A DNA stretch of 32,000 bases, taken from NCBI RefSeq assembly GCF_000829235.1, contig NZ_AP012549.1:2130001-2162000 (forward strand), given 5' to 3'. The DNA comes from a cyanobacterium endosymbiont of Epithemia turgida isolate EtSB Lake Yunoko. GTDB taxonomy: Bacteria > Cyanobacteriota > Cyanobacteriia > Cyanobacteriales > Microcystaceae. The notes beneath the pieces are model-generated. The model searched no databases. It had not been told where the DNA came from and saw only the letters and a list, made by a program, of their open reading frames with translations. Shown piece after piece: positions 18,700 to 27,949 of this stretch. The stretch's first letter is position 1, and the number at the start of each line of letters is the position of its first letter. Both the position numbers and the translations under genes were made by a program.

Positions 18700-20046
18700 A
18701 TGAATAAAATTGACCGCATTCGTTTGGGGTTAGCAGTGGCAGTAGCTAAGACAGTCACCGCTGTAGTTCATTTATTAAATTTAGGAGCGGCTAGTGTTTT
18801 GCCTGGAGCAATCGCCCGTCGTTTTCATTCTAAACTATTATTTTTACTGTGTGAGCAAGTCAAACAAGGGGTTATTCTAGTAGTAGGAACTAACGGAAAA
18901 ACTACCACTTCTCTATTGTTGCGAACTATTCTTAAAAACCAAGGGTTCAAAGTTGCTCATAATGATACTGGAGCTAATTTAATTAATGGTTTAGTCACGG
19001 CTCTGTTAAAGAATACAAGTTTAATTGGTAAATTAACAGTTGACTATGCAATTCTAGAAGTTGATGAAAATATTGTATCTTTATTACTTAAAGAGTGTCA
19101 ACCTCGAATAATTTTATGTTTAAATTTGTTTCGAGATCAACTTGATCGTTATGGGGAAATTGATACTATTAGTCAAGGATGGCTAACGGCATTCGCTCTC
19201 CTTCCTTCTGATACTACTGTAATTCTCAATGCTGATGATCCAAGTCTCTCTTATTTAGGTCAACAATTATCGCAAAAAGTGCGTTATTTTGGACTAAATG
19301 AACCGAATTTATACCTTAAAGAAATTCCCCACGCTGTTGATTCTATTTACTGTCCTCGTTGTGGTTGTATTCTCGATTATCGAGGTATTTACTTTTCTCA
19401 TTTAGGAGATTTTAATTGTCCTAGTTGTGGATTTATGAAAAGTAAAACTGCCTTTTCTAGCAAAGGCTGGCCACAAATTTTGGTTGGACTTTACAACAAA
19501 TATAATAGTTTAGCAGCTGGATTAGTTGCTCAGGAATTGGGAATTGAGGTGGCACATATTTTTGACAGCATTAAAAACTTTAGAGCAGCTTTTGGACGGT
19601 CAGAAGAATTGACTATTGATGGCACAAATATCCGTATTTTATTATCAAAAAATCCTGTAGGAATGAATGAGACAATACGTGCTGTTAATGACTTAAACGT
19701 AACGGGAAAGGCTTCTACAACTCTAATGGTTTTAAATGATCGAATCCCTGATGGAACCGATGTTTCTTGGATTTGGGATGTAGATACGGAAAAATTAATT
19801 GATCTAGGAGGAACTTTAATTGTTAGTGGAGATCGTGTCTATGACATGGCACTAAGATTGGAATATAGTCAAGAAACTCTTACTAGTCACAAAAATTCAG
19901 TCAAATTGGTTGTAAAAGAGGACTTAAAAGAAGCTATTCAAACTGCTTTAACCTTGACTCCTTCTAATGGAACTCTAAATATTATCCCTACCTATTCTGC
20001 TATGTTAGAAGTACGAGGTATTTTAATAGGCCGTCAAATTCTTTAA
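18700..20046 (+). CDS. murT: MurT-like Mur-ligase-family protein (lipid II isoglutaminyl synthase subunit; Mur ligase middle domain plus DUF1727-type C-terminus)
   Basis: 448-aa ORF. ATG is preceded by AAAGGA. Has a P-loop (VVGTNGKTTT) and the Cys4 ribbon CPRCGCILDY...NCPSCGF typical of MurT. C-terminal DVSWIWDVD motif. Confidence 0.8.
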   Translation: MNKIDRIRLGLAVAVAKTVTAVVHLLNLGAASVLPGAIARRFHSKLLFLLCEQVKQGVILVVGTNGKTTTSLLLRTILKNQGFKVAHNDTGANLINGLVTALLKNTSLIGKLTVDYAILEVDENIVSLLLKECQPRIILCLNLFRDQLDRYGEIDTISQGWLTAFALLPSDTTVILNADDPSLSYLGQQLSQKVRYFGLNEPNLYLKEIPHAVDSIYCPRCGCILDYRGIYFSHLGDFNCPSCGFMKSKTAFSSKGWPQILVGLYNKYNSLAAGLVAQELGIEVAHIFDSIKNFRAAFGRSEELTIDGTNIRILLSKNPVGMNETIRAVNDLNVTGKASTTLMVLNDRIPDGTDVSWIWDVDTEKLIDLGGTLIVSGDRVYDMALRLEYSQETLTSHKNSVKLVVKEDLKEAIQTALTLTPSNGTLNIIPTYSAMLEVRGILIGRQIL

Positions 20047-20123
20047 ATAAATTAGTTAAACTTATATCTTTTTATATAAAAATTTAAATAATAAAATTTA
20101 ATTTACAAAGTTTTACTTAAGTT

Positions 20124-20161
20124 ATGTTTCATTCTATAAACTAATTTATAGAATGAAACAT
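20124..20161 (+). terminator. 17-bp perfect hairpin 78 nt downstream of murT
   Basis: ATGTTTCATTCTATAAA-CTAA-TTTATAGAATGAAACAT, followed by GTTTGCTG. No clean U-tract. Confidence 0.4.
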
Positions 20162-20910
20162 GTTTGCTGCCATCTTAATGTAATTAAATACAAAATAAAT
20201 CCTATTTAAATATTATTTGTTTCAAGTTAAACTAGAACATAACTTTAATAAAATATGGTTAAAATACTAATTATTTTATCTTTGTGTTTAATTGAATTAG
20301 ATATAAAAATTAATTTTTAGTTGATCTGCCCCAAAAATTATGCTCGACAGTACTCCTCTTTTGTTGAATAAATATTATTTGATACCGTCATCTTAATAAG
20401 AGACATTTAAGCATATTGATTTTGTAAAAAGTATGTTAGTAATTAATATATAAAATTGACAAATAAAACACAAAAATTTTTATTTTATCTCAAATAAAAA
20501 CATGATAGTTGTCCTCTATAATAAATAAAAATTGCCATAAATTCTCAGAAGTTAAAAAATATTTAAACGGCAATTAAAACTTTAATAATATAAAAATTTT
20601 GCCGTTAATAAAATTTTTCTGTCATAACAAATTAACATAGGAGTGAAACGGAGTAAAATTATTGCAAATATTAGTCAAAGATAAAAATATATTAGGATTA
20701 AATTAAGTATATAAGAGATAAATCTAAATAAAAACTTAGACTAAATATCGGGACTCTTTGAATTTATTGATTAGTGTTAAAAACTTGTTTCTTGTACATA
20801 AAAAGGTATAGAATAATTAGCTTAAACATTTAATCAAGATAATTTATTGCCTATGTTGACAAAAAATAATATAAGATATTGGTTATAAATTAAAGTTAAT
20901 TAAGAGAAAA

Positions 20911-21010
20911 GCTCATAGAATCATACATTTTGTCAGGTTTTAACTCTGAAATTTATTGACCTGGCAGTTAATTACGCTAATTCTACATAATTAGTTCGGT
21001 GTAACCATAA
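20911..21010 (+). repeat. dispersed repeat family, copy B (about 865 bp downstream of murT)
   Basis: GCTCATAGAATCATACATTTTGTCAGGTTTTAACTCTGAAATTTATTGAC...TTCTACATAATTAGTTCGGTGTAACCAT. By eye about 65-70% identical to copy A, with indels. Confidence 0.7.
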
Positions 21011-21595
21011 TTGTTAGCTAAATTATTCAAAAAATAGAATGATTGTGGGACTATTAAAAAGTAGAAGAAAAAGAACTTATAAAGTCATTGAAGTTTATTT
21101 ATTTATACTTATTTTTTATCTTACCAGTTAATATTATTTAGTTTATAGCACAAAAGTTCGAAGATAATTAAATACTAGAACTAACCTGCATCTCAACTTC
21201 CAAATAGGTTTTGATATGTATTTTTATACAAAAAATAATTTACTCAAAAAAAAATTGCAATATTTGAGAAAATATATCAACAAAAATAAAAGGTATAAAC
21301 GAACTAATTCAAATATTTTTAGAGAGTAAAAACTCCAAGTTATCAATGTTGCAATTAAGAATTAAAGCTATATTGTTAAGCAAAAATTTTCAGCAATGAT
21401 ACGGTAAAGAATTTTCCGTTACAAAGTAGTTCTATGAAAAAACAGATCAAGGCACGAACAAAATTATTATGTTTTGCTTAAAATTAACTCTATATGTAGC
21501 TAGTCCATGTCAATTTTAAGGAATTTTACAGAATAGATGATGGAGTCAAACAGGTGGTTAATGATCTCCTTAATTACTTAAGTCAAGCTGCACTT

Positions 21596-22441
21596 TTACA
21601 AAAAACGACGAATATTTTGTTGATAGGCTTGATTGTCTAGACCATCCCCTTGATATGATCGTTGATCATCAACGGCTTGATTTAATGCTCTCAATCGATC
21701 TGACGTAGCTGGATGAGTACTTAAAAAGTCAGGAACAGAAGATCCATTTTGTTGCATTAATTTCTGCATGAAAGTGACCATTCCAATGGTGGCATATCCA
21801 GCATTTCTTAAGTTTATTAAGCCTAATCGATCTGCCTCTAATTCAGACTTTCTATTGTGAGGAAGATTGAGCCCTAATTGCACCCCTAATTGAACAATCG
21901 TATTTTCCCTTAAGCCAGCTGCTGACATTAACCCTTGAGAAAGAGCAATATCGCGCATTTGAATGATAGAATGACGAGCAGTAATATGAGCAACTTCATG
22001 AGCAACTACACTGGCTAATTCAGCTTCGTTTTCTGCCGTTGCCATTAACCCAGTGTTAATATAAACAAACCCCCCCATTGTCGCAAAAGCATTGATAGAT
22101 ATATCATCGACTACCTGAAAAGTATAAGGAAGGTTAGGACGTTCACTTGTAGGGGCTAGCCGTCGTCCAATATGTTCAATAGCTTGATTTAATTGAGGAT
22201 TTTGGGAAATGTGAAACTGACCCGAACGGATTAATTCATCATTAATTTGTTGAGCAAGTTTTACTTCTTGAAAATCAGACATAGTAGTTAATTGAATTAC
22301 CTGTACTCCTTGAAAGAGTAAATTCAACCAAGACTGGCTATAACTTGATTGAATATTGCTTAGAATAACAAAGATTATCACTAATAAAAAAAGACAAGAA
22401 TAAACCCAGAAGCGATGGAAACAAAAAAAAGATCTAATCAT
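21596..22441 (-). CDS. M48-family zinc metallopeptidase with N-terminal membrane anchor
   Basis: 281-aa ORF with ATG start. HEXXH motif (VAHEVAHITARH) plus a downstream E (ELEADRLG), as in M48 peptidases. Confidence 0.85.
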   Translation of the reverse strand: MIRSFFCFHRFWVYSCLFLLVIIFVILSNIQSSYSQSWLNLLFQGVQVIQLTTMSDFQEVKLAQQINDELIRSGQFHISQNPQLNQAIEHIGRRLAPTSERPNLPYTFQVVDDISINAFATMGGFVYINTGLMATAENEAELASVVAHEVAHITARHSIIQMRDIALSQGLMSAAGLRENTIVQLGVQLGLNLPHNRKSELEADRLGLINLRNAGYATIGMVTFMQKLMQQNGSSVPDFLSTHPATSDRLRALNQAVDDQRSYQGDGLDNQAYQQNIRRFL

Positions 22442-22650
22442 TTTGAATAAGCTAATAAGCCAGATAAAGTGAAGAAATCAGTTATTTATAGTATTATTAC
22501 TCTTTACTAAGTTAGTGATAGTTCAAGTGTTACACCTACTGTAAGTGTCTACTATAAATTTAATTAAGATCAAATCCTGACTATCACCAATTTAACCTTT
22601 TTTATTTCTTACAATCGATTTTAATGAAATTACTACTATTGATATGAATT

Positions 22651-23037
22651 ATGAATACTGATAATTGGTTAATTTATAAAGAGTTTCGCTTTGAGGCTGC
22701 CCATCGGTTGCCCCACCACGATGGCAAATGTTCCCGTCTTCATGGTCATAGTTGGATAGGACGGGTTTACATCAAAAGTAATAACCTGATTAAAAAAGGA
22801 CCTAAACAAGGTATGGTTACTGACTTTAGCGATATTAAGAAGCATTTAAACCCCCTATTAGAGCAGTTTTTGGATCATTACTACCTGAACGAAACCATGG
22901 AACTAGAAAATCCCACCTGTGAAATAATCGCCAAATGGATTTTTGAGAAACTTGAATTAGCAGGACTGCAAGGACTGCAAGGAGTAGAAATTCAAGAAAC
23001 TTGCACTGCTGGAGCGAGATTCACTAAAGAGAATTGA
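22651..23037 (+). CDS. queD: 6-carboxy-5,6,7,8-tetrahydropterin synthase / 6-pyruvoyl-tetrahydropterin synthase family
   Basis: 128-aa ORF. FRFEAAHRLPHHDGKCSRLHGHSW is the PTPS/QueD active-site signature. Confidence 0.85.
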   Translation: MNTDNWLIYKEFRFEAAHRLPHHDGKCSRLHGHSWIGRVYIKSNNLIKKGPKQGMVTDFSDIKKHLNPLLEQFLDHYYLNETMELENPTCEIIAKWIFEKLELAGLQGLQGVEIQETCTAGARFTKEN

Positions 23038-23930
23038 CTAAACTAATAGTTAGATTGCTAATGAGTTTAGCCTTGTAAAGAAATAGGTTTAATTACTATC
23101 AAAAACTTGTTTCTTGTATCTGTGTTATTTAGTTGCTGATTGTTTTGTATTATTTTTTATTCATTTAATCATATTTCTTCACTAAGAAGAGTCATCTACT
23201 GTGATGAAACACTATAAATCAAAGAAAATTTAAATAATTTTGGGGTTCAGTTAGTTAACTCTATATCTTCAAGATCAAGAATTATTCTCAGGAAGTTTCT
23301 TATCTTTCTAATCTCTAGTGCGTTTAGCTCAAAAACGATTCCTAAGAAAAAACATAGATAGCTACAAAAGTACAACGAAATGCACTTGCTGAAGTTTGAT
23401 TAAGTACGTTTATCGATAAGTGATCTTCAACATTGACACAAAATTTGACGATTGAGCTAAGTAATATGGATCATACAAAAATAATTAAATTAGAACAAAC
23501 CTTCTAACTGAGTACTTCTCGACCGGACTAAAGTGCAGATAATTTTCTCTGTTTTGGTTTTAGATCTTCAATTACTAGCTAATTCGCAAGAAGGCACAAG
23601 ATCCTTCCTGGCAAAGAAAATTTTTGCGTTACTCTTAAGAGTAGATGTAGTGTAATACATTTAATAGAAAGCTTTTGGAGGAATTCTTAAAGAAGGAAGA
23701 CAGAAGATAAAGCCTATGAAGAGAGCTAGATAGTAAGAAGTTAAGAAAATCCCAACAACCACACAAGAGATTCAATTGTAGACTAGATACAGGGAGTCTT
23801 AGCGTCAGTTACATTATAACACTATAAACCTCTGGAAGGTCTGTGTGAGGAGACGCTTGTTGAATTTCTTCCTTTAGTCTTACTTAAGACTAGATTTTAA
23901 ATATTAATACCCATCTATCAACCGTGAACT

Positions 23931-25355
23931 ATGTTATCGACAGAGCAAAAGAAAACCCATTCAGGGCAAGACTATTTAGAGAAAGAAATTCTAGAACAGG
24001 GTGAGCGATCACCAAACCAGTCATTATTCCCCCTAACTGCTAAGATCAATAATCATAATTGCTTAGAAATTGGCGGTTGCGATCTTAGGACCCTAATTAA
24101 ACAATTTGGTTCTCCTCTTTATGTTCTCGATGAAGCAACTCTACGAAGTGCCTGTCGTCAATATAGAGAAGCTTTCAAGCGTCACTATCAAGGACCCTCT
24201 CAAGTCATTTATGCCTCTAAAGCTTGGAGTTGCTTAGCCATTGCCAGTATTGTTGCTAGTGAAGGATTAGGTTTTGATGTTGTATCGGGGGGAGAACTGT
24301 ATACTACCCTCAAGACTTTAGAGAAGATGGGACGCACCTCTGAACAAATTGCCCAACAAATTTACTTTCATGGCAATAATAAGTCTCTTGCAGAACTAAA
24401 ACTAGCTATTGAGGTTAATTGCACTATTGTTGTTGATAATTGGTTCGAATTAGAAACTCTAGCTCAACTAGGCAATCAAACTGCTTCCATGAGTATTCCC
24501 ATCCTTGTGCGCTTAGCTCCAGGAATTGAATGTCATACTCATGAGTATATTCGCACAGGACATCTAGACAGCAAATTTGGCTTCGATCTCTACCAACTCG
24601 ATACCGTTTTTAAATATATTAGTCAGCAATCATGCTTTGATTGCCGGGGGTTACATGCCCATATTGGCTCTCAAATTTTTGAGGAACAACCCCATCAAGA
24701 CTTAGGAGAAGTTATGGTGGAGTTGCTTCAAAAAGCCCAAAGTTATGAATTAGTCTTGCAAGAATTAAATATTGGCGGAGGCTTGGGCATTCGCTATATG
24801 AAAGATGACAATCCCCCCAGTATAGAACAATGGGTTAAAGGAGTGAGTCGCTCCGTAATGAAAGCATGTGATAGTTATCAATTTCCCTACCCTAAACTCA
24901 TCGCTGAACCTGGACGTTCTTTGGTGGGATCAGCCTGTGTCACTGGCTATACTATAGGCAGTCGAAAAGAAATTCCTCAACTGCGAACCTATATCGCTGT
25001 AGATGGTGGAATGTCTGATAACCCTCGTCCCATTACCTACAAATCGCTCTATTGTCTGGTGATAGCTAATAGAATGTTAGAACCCTGCACGGAAACTGTC
25101 ACTATCGCGGGCAAACACTGTGAGTCTGGAGACATTCTGATTAAAAATACTCAGTTGCCTCAAACCCAACCAGGGGATATTCTGGTAGTGATGGGAACAG
25201 GAGCCTATAACTATAGTATGGCTTCTAATTATAATCGTCTTCCTAGACCAGCTGCTGTCTTAGTTAAAGATGGAGAAGCTAATCTAGTGATCAAACGAGA
25301 AACCTATGATGATTTAATTCGTCAAGATCACCTTCCTGAAAGGCTACTGTCTTAA
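23931..25355 (+). CDS. lysA: diaminopimelate decarboxylase
   Basis: 474-aa ORF. PLP-dependent Orn/DAP/Arg decarboxylase fold (YASKAW, HAHIGSQI, EPGRSLVG, CESGD). Confidence 0.95.
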   Translation: MLSTEQKKTHSGQDYLEKEILEQGERSPNQSLFPLTAKINNHNCLEIGGCDLRTLIKQFGSPLYVLDEATLRSACRQYREAFKRHYQGPSQVIYASKAWSCLAIASIVASEGLGFDVVSGGELYTTLKTLEKMGRTSEQIAQQIYFHGNNKSLAELKLAIEVNCTIVVDNWFELETLAQLGNQTASMSIPILVRLAPGIECHTHEYIRTGHLDSKFGFDLYQLDTVFKYISQQSCFDCRGLHAHIGSQIFEEQPHQDLGEVMVELLQKAQSYELVLQELNIGGGLGIRYMKDDNPPSIEQWVKGVSRSVMKACDSYQFPYPKLIAEPGRSLVGSACVTGYTIGSRKEIPQLRTYIAVDGGMSDNPRPITYKSLYCLVIANRMLEPCTETVTIAGKHCESGDILIKNTQLPQTQPGDILVVMGTGAYNYSMASNYNRLPRPAAVLVKDGEANLVIKRETYDDLIRQDHLPERLLS

Positions 25356-25413
25356 TTTAAATCCCTCATTGCTTGTTATTTTGATTGCTCCTTAATCTCT
25401 ACCATCCTCCATC

Positions 25414-26310
25414 ATGTCGGGTGATACTCCTGGCCCTCGCTGGATACCCTCCGGGCTAATCCACAATGGCATTGATATTGCATTGGTGCTACTGCTGACT
25501 TATTTAATTCTTCTTGCCATTGGGGAACGTCGTACTCTCTGGATAGTGCGAGGGTTAATTATTTTAATGCTGGCACAAGTGATCAGCCAACGGCTTCAAC
25601 TTAGGCTGCTCGAAGTTGTCCTGGATAAATTAGTGTTGGGGTCCGCCGTTGCTATGGCAGTAATTTTTCAGGGAGAATTCCGACGATTTCTTGAATTATT
25701 GGGACGTGGACAAATGCTACAATTATTTCAACGACGACTTCCAACTCCTAAGCCTGATAGTGTAGTCGATGAAATTGTTGATGCGGTTAAAGAACTCTCT
25801 CAAAATAGAACAGGAGCCTTAATGGTTCTAGAAACAATTGCTTCTGTGGATACAAGAGTATTTGTGAATCCAGGGGTTCCCCTCAATGGAGAAGTCTCGA
25901 AAGAATTACTTCAAACAATTTTTCAGCCGAAAACTCTCTTACACGATGGGGCTATTTTTATTCGCGGGTCGCGTATTGTCTCAGCAGGAGTGATTTTACC
26001 CCTATCCGAACGAACTGCTCATCGACAACTAGGAACACGACATCGATCAGCTATGGGCATTACAGAACGAGTTGGTAATTGTTTATGTGTAGTAGTCTCT
26101 GAGGAAACAGGCTCGATTTCTTTAGCCCAAGGTGGAACTCTTGATCGTCCTCTGACTAGTAGTAAGTTAAAAGAACTTCTCGAAGAAAAATTATCTCTAC
26201 TTGTCGAGCGAGAGTCTGTAGCCCCTGGTTTAGGACTTGTCAGTCGTACTCTTGGCTCACAAATACGAAACTTGCTTGCTTCTTTGAGGTCTCAAAATGT
26301 TCGAAAGTAA
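25414..26310 (+). CDS. cdaA: diadenylate cyclase CdaA (N-terminal TM helices plus DAC domain)
   Basis: 298-aa ORF starting 58 bp after lysA. DAC motifs are present: LHDGAIFI, GTRHRSAMGITE, VVVSEETGSISLA. Confidence 0.9.
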   Translation: MSGDTPGPRWIPSGLIHNGIDIALVLLLTYLILLAIGERRTLWIVRGLIILMLAQVISQRLQLRLLEVVLDKLVLGSAVAMAVIFQGEFRRFLELLGRGQMLQLFQRRLPTPKPDSVVDEIVDAVKELSQNRTGALMVLETIASVDTRVFVNPGVPLNGEVSKELLQTIFQPKTLLHDGAIFIRGSRIVSAGVILPLSERTAHRQLGTRHRSAMGITERVGNCLCVVVSEETGSISLAQGGTLDRPLTSSKLKELLEEKLSLLVERESVAPGLGLVSRTLGSQIRNLLASLRSQNVRK

Positions 26311-26742
26311 TGATAACTGATAAGTTAGTGATATCCAGCAATCAAGTTCTATAGAACCTGTCAGATAAAACCCGAATATTAACGTCTTGAAAGTCTTATA
26401 CAGGATTTGAATAGTCTGACTGTTATTAACATGCTAAATAAGGCTATATTATAATCTTATGGCTTTCTAGCATCAAAAGTTCAGTTAAGCTAAAAATCAT
26501 TTCTAATAATTTAGAAAACTTCAATTAACAGGCACAAGTAAACAAACTTATATAATATCAATACCTAACTCTAAAAACTTGATAGTTGTGGTTATACCAG
26601 ATTGATGATATACAACAATTAACTAGTAAAATACCAAGTCAGGAAATATTGAAGTTAAATATCGATTAACTTTCTGAGTATATAAACTCTTCTTTGAATT
26701 AACCTCAATTTAATTTGTTATCAATAAAATATACTATTATAC

Positions 26743-26786
26743 AATTTTTTCATGAATAAAAAAATTGTATAATAGTTGTTACCCTA
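26743..26786. repeat. perfect inverted repeat, 18-bp arms, 8-nt loop
   Basis: ACTATTATACAATTTTTT-CATGAATA-AAAAAATTGTATAATAGT. Confidence 0.95.
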
Positions 26787-26866
26787 AGCCATGGCTTTAT
26801 TGTTTATTTTTTATCCAGTGAATAGATGGTTTAATATCAATCAGCTAATCTCAATAAACAGCCTTA

Positions 26867-26906
26867 ATATCTAAAACAAAGTTTTTAAAAGATTTGTTTT
26901 AGATAT
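26867..26906. repeat. 40-bp near-palindrome (14-bp perfect arms)
   Basis: ATATCTAAAACAAA-GTTTTTAAAAGA-TTTGTTTTAGATAT. Confidence 0.9.
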
Positions 26907-27153
26907 CGCATTAAAATTGGTATATTTATAACTTTTTTTTATTTCCTTAATCTTTTTTTGTTTGGGCAAAATATATATTTATTCTTATTTAAATTTAACT
27001 ATTTTTTACAAGGGTTTTTACTTATTTATTAAAACTTTTTACTTTATTATATGCAATTTACACACTAGGATATAAATTTAAGGTATTGGTTTATTAACTC
27101 GAATTAATTTTTTAAATTTTAGTTAATTTTTTTTGAACCTCTAACTATTTTAG

Positions 27154-27524
27154 TTTAAATCTAATTGTAGAAATTTACTTATATTAAAACAATAAAAAAA
27201 TAATCTAGATAAAAATAAAATTTAGAACGTATTATTTAGTTTTACTGCCTTAATTATAGCAAAAAATATAATTACTTGGAAAAAAATGGTTAAACAATTT
27301 AACTGATAAATTAGTTTAAAAATTAGTCTATTAATTAAAATTAAGGCCAGCACATAAACAAATGCCAAAAGTGACTTGTTAACATTTAACAAATTCTAGT
27401 ATTCAAGAAAATTAGATTGATTTAAAAAGCTCAGAGACTATATATCGAAGTTGAATATCAAAATATCAGAAAGAAAGATTAATTGTAAATTTACTTTAAA
27501 AAGTAAATTTACAATTAGATTTAA
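27154..27524. mobile_element. 371-bp segment bounded by 24-27-nt inverted repeats (MITE-like; speculative)
   Basis: The left end TTTAAATCTAATTGTAGAAATTTACTT (27154-27180) matches the reverse complement of AAGTAAATTTACAATTAGATTTAA (27501-27524), apart from a 2-nt indel. No ORF lies inside. Confidence 0.35.
27480..27517. repeat. 38-bp palindrome (18-bp arms), formed by a third copy of the same repeat abutting the right terminal repeat
   Basis: TAATTGTAAATTTACTTT-AA-AAAGTAAATTTACAATTA, checked pair by pair. Confidence 0.95.
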
Positions 27525-27949
27525 GCCAATTAAAAATAAAAATTTAGAGTATGATTTTATAATCACTAATTGCTAGTATAACCGAGTACTATGAATGTCA
27601 TATATATTTAATTTTATTGAATTGATAAAGCAAAAGAAACTTATTTGGTTAAATATTAAAAATAAATATAATATATTTGAATTTAAGCAATAAATATTTA
27701 GTGAAAAATATAGCTAAATATTGTAAAGGTATTTTCATTACAAGCTTATATTAAATAGCATGTTTTGACAAGAGAAGAGCGTCTTTAATAATTAAAATAG
27801 AAGCTAGCGTACTTTCCATAATTATAGTCAACAGAAACCCTATGAACGTTAATAGATAAACTTTAAATTTATTAGGGGTTTCAAAAACTTAATAAAATAG
27901 AAAATTTTTGATTATCTATATTTTCGTAATTTGTTCAATATAATTAAAC

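Noticed and set aside
23515-23540. Minus-strand TTTAGTCCGGTCGAG, resembling the RNase P RNA motif GGAAAGUCCGGGC
   Set aside because: Only about 7 nt match. None of the other universally conserved RNase P RNA blocks occur nearby, and the flanks are not G/C-rich or structured as rnpB would be.
23640-23930. Possible lysine (L-box) riboswitch upstream of lysA
   Set aside because: I could not find the conserved L-box core elements (AGAGGNGC start, CCGAAAGG-type junctions, ACUGUCA). The GAAGAGAGCTAGATAGTAAG resemblance is superficial.
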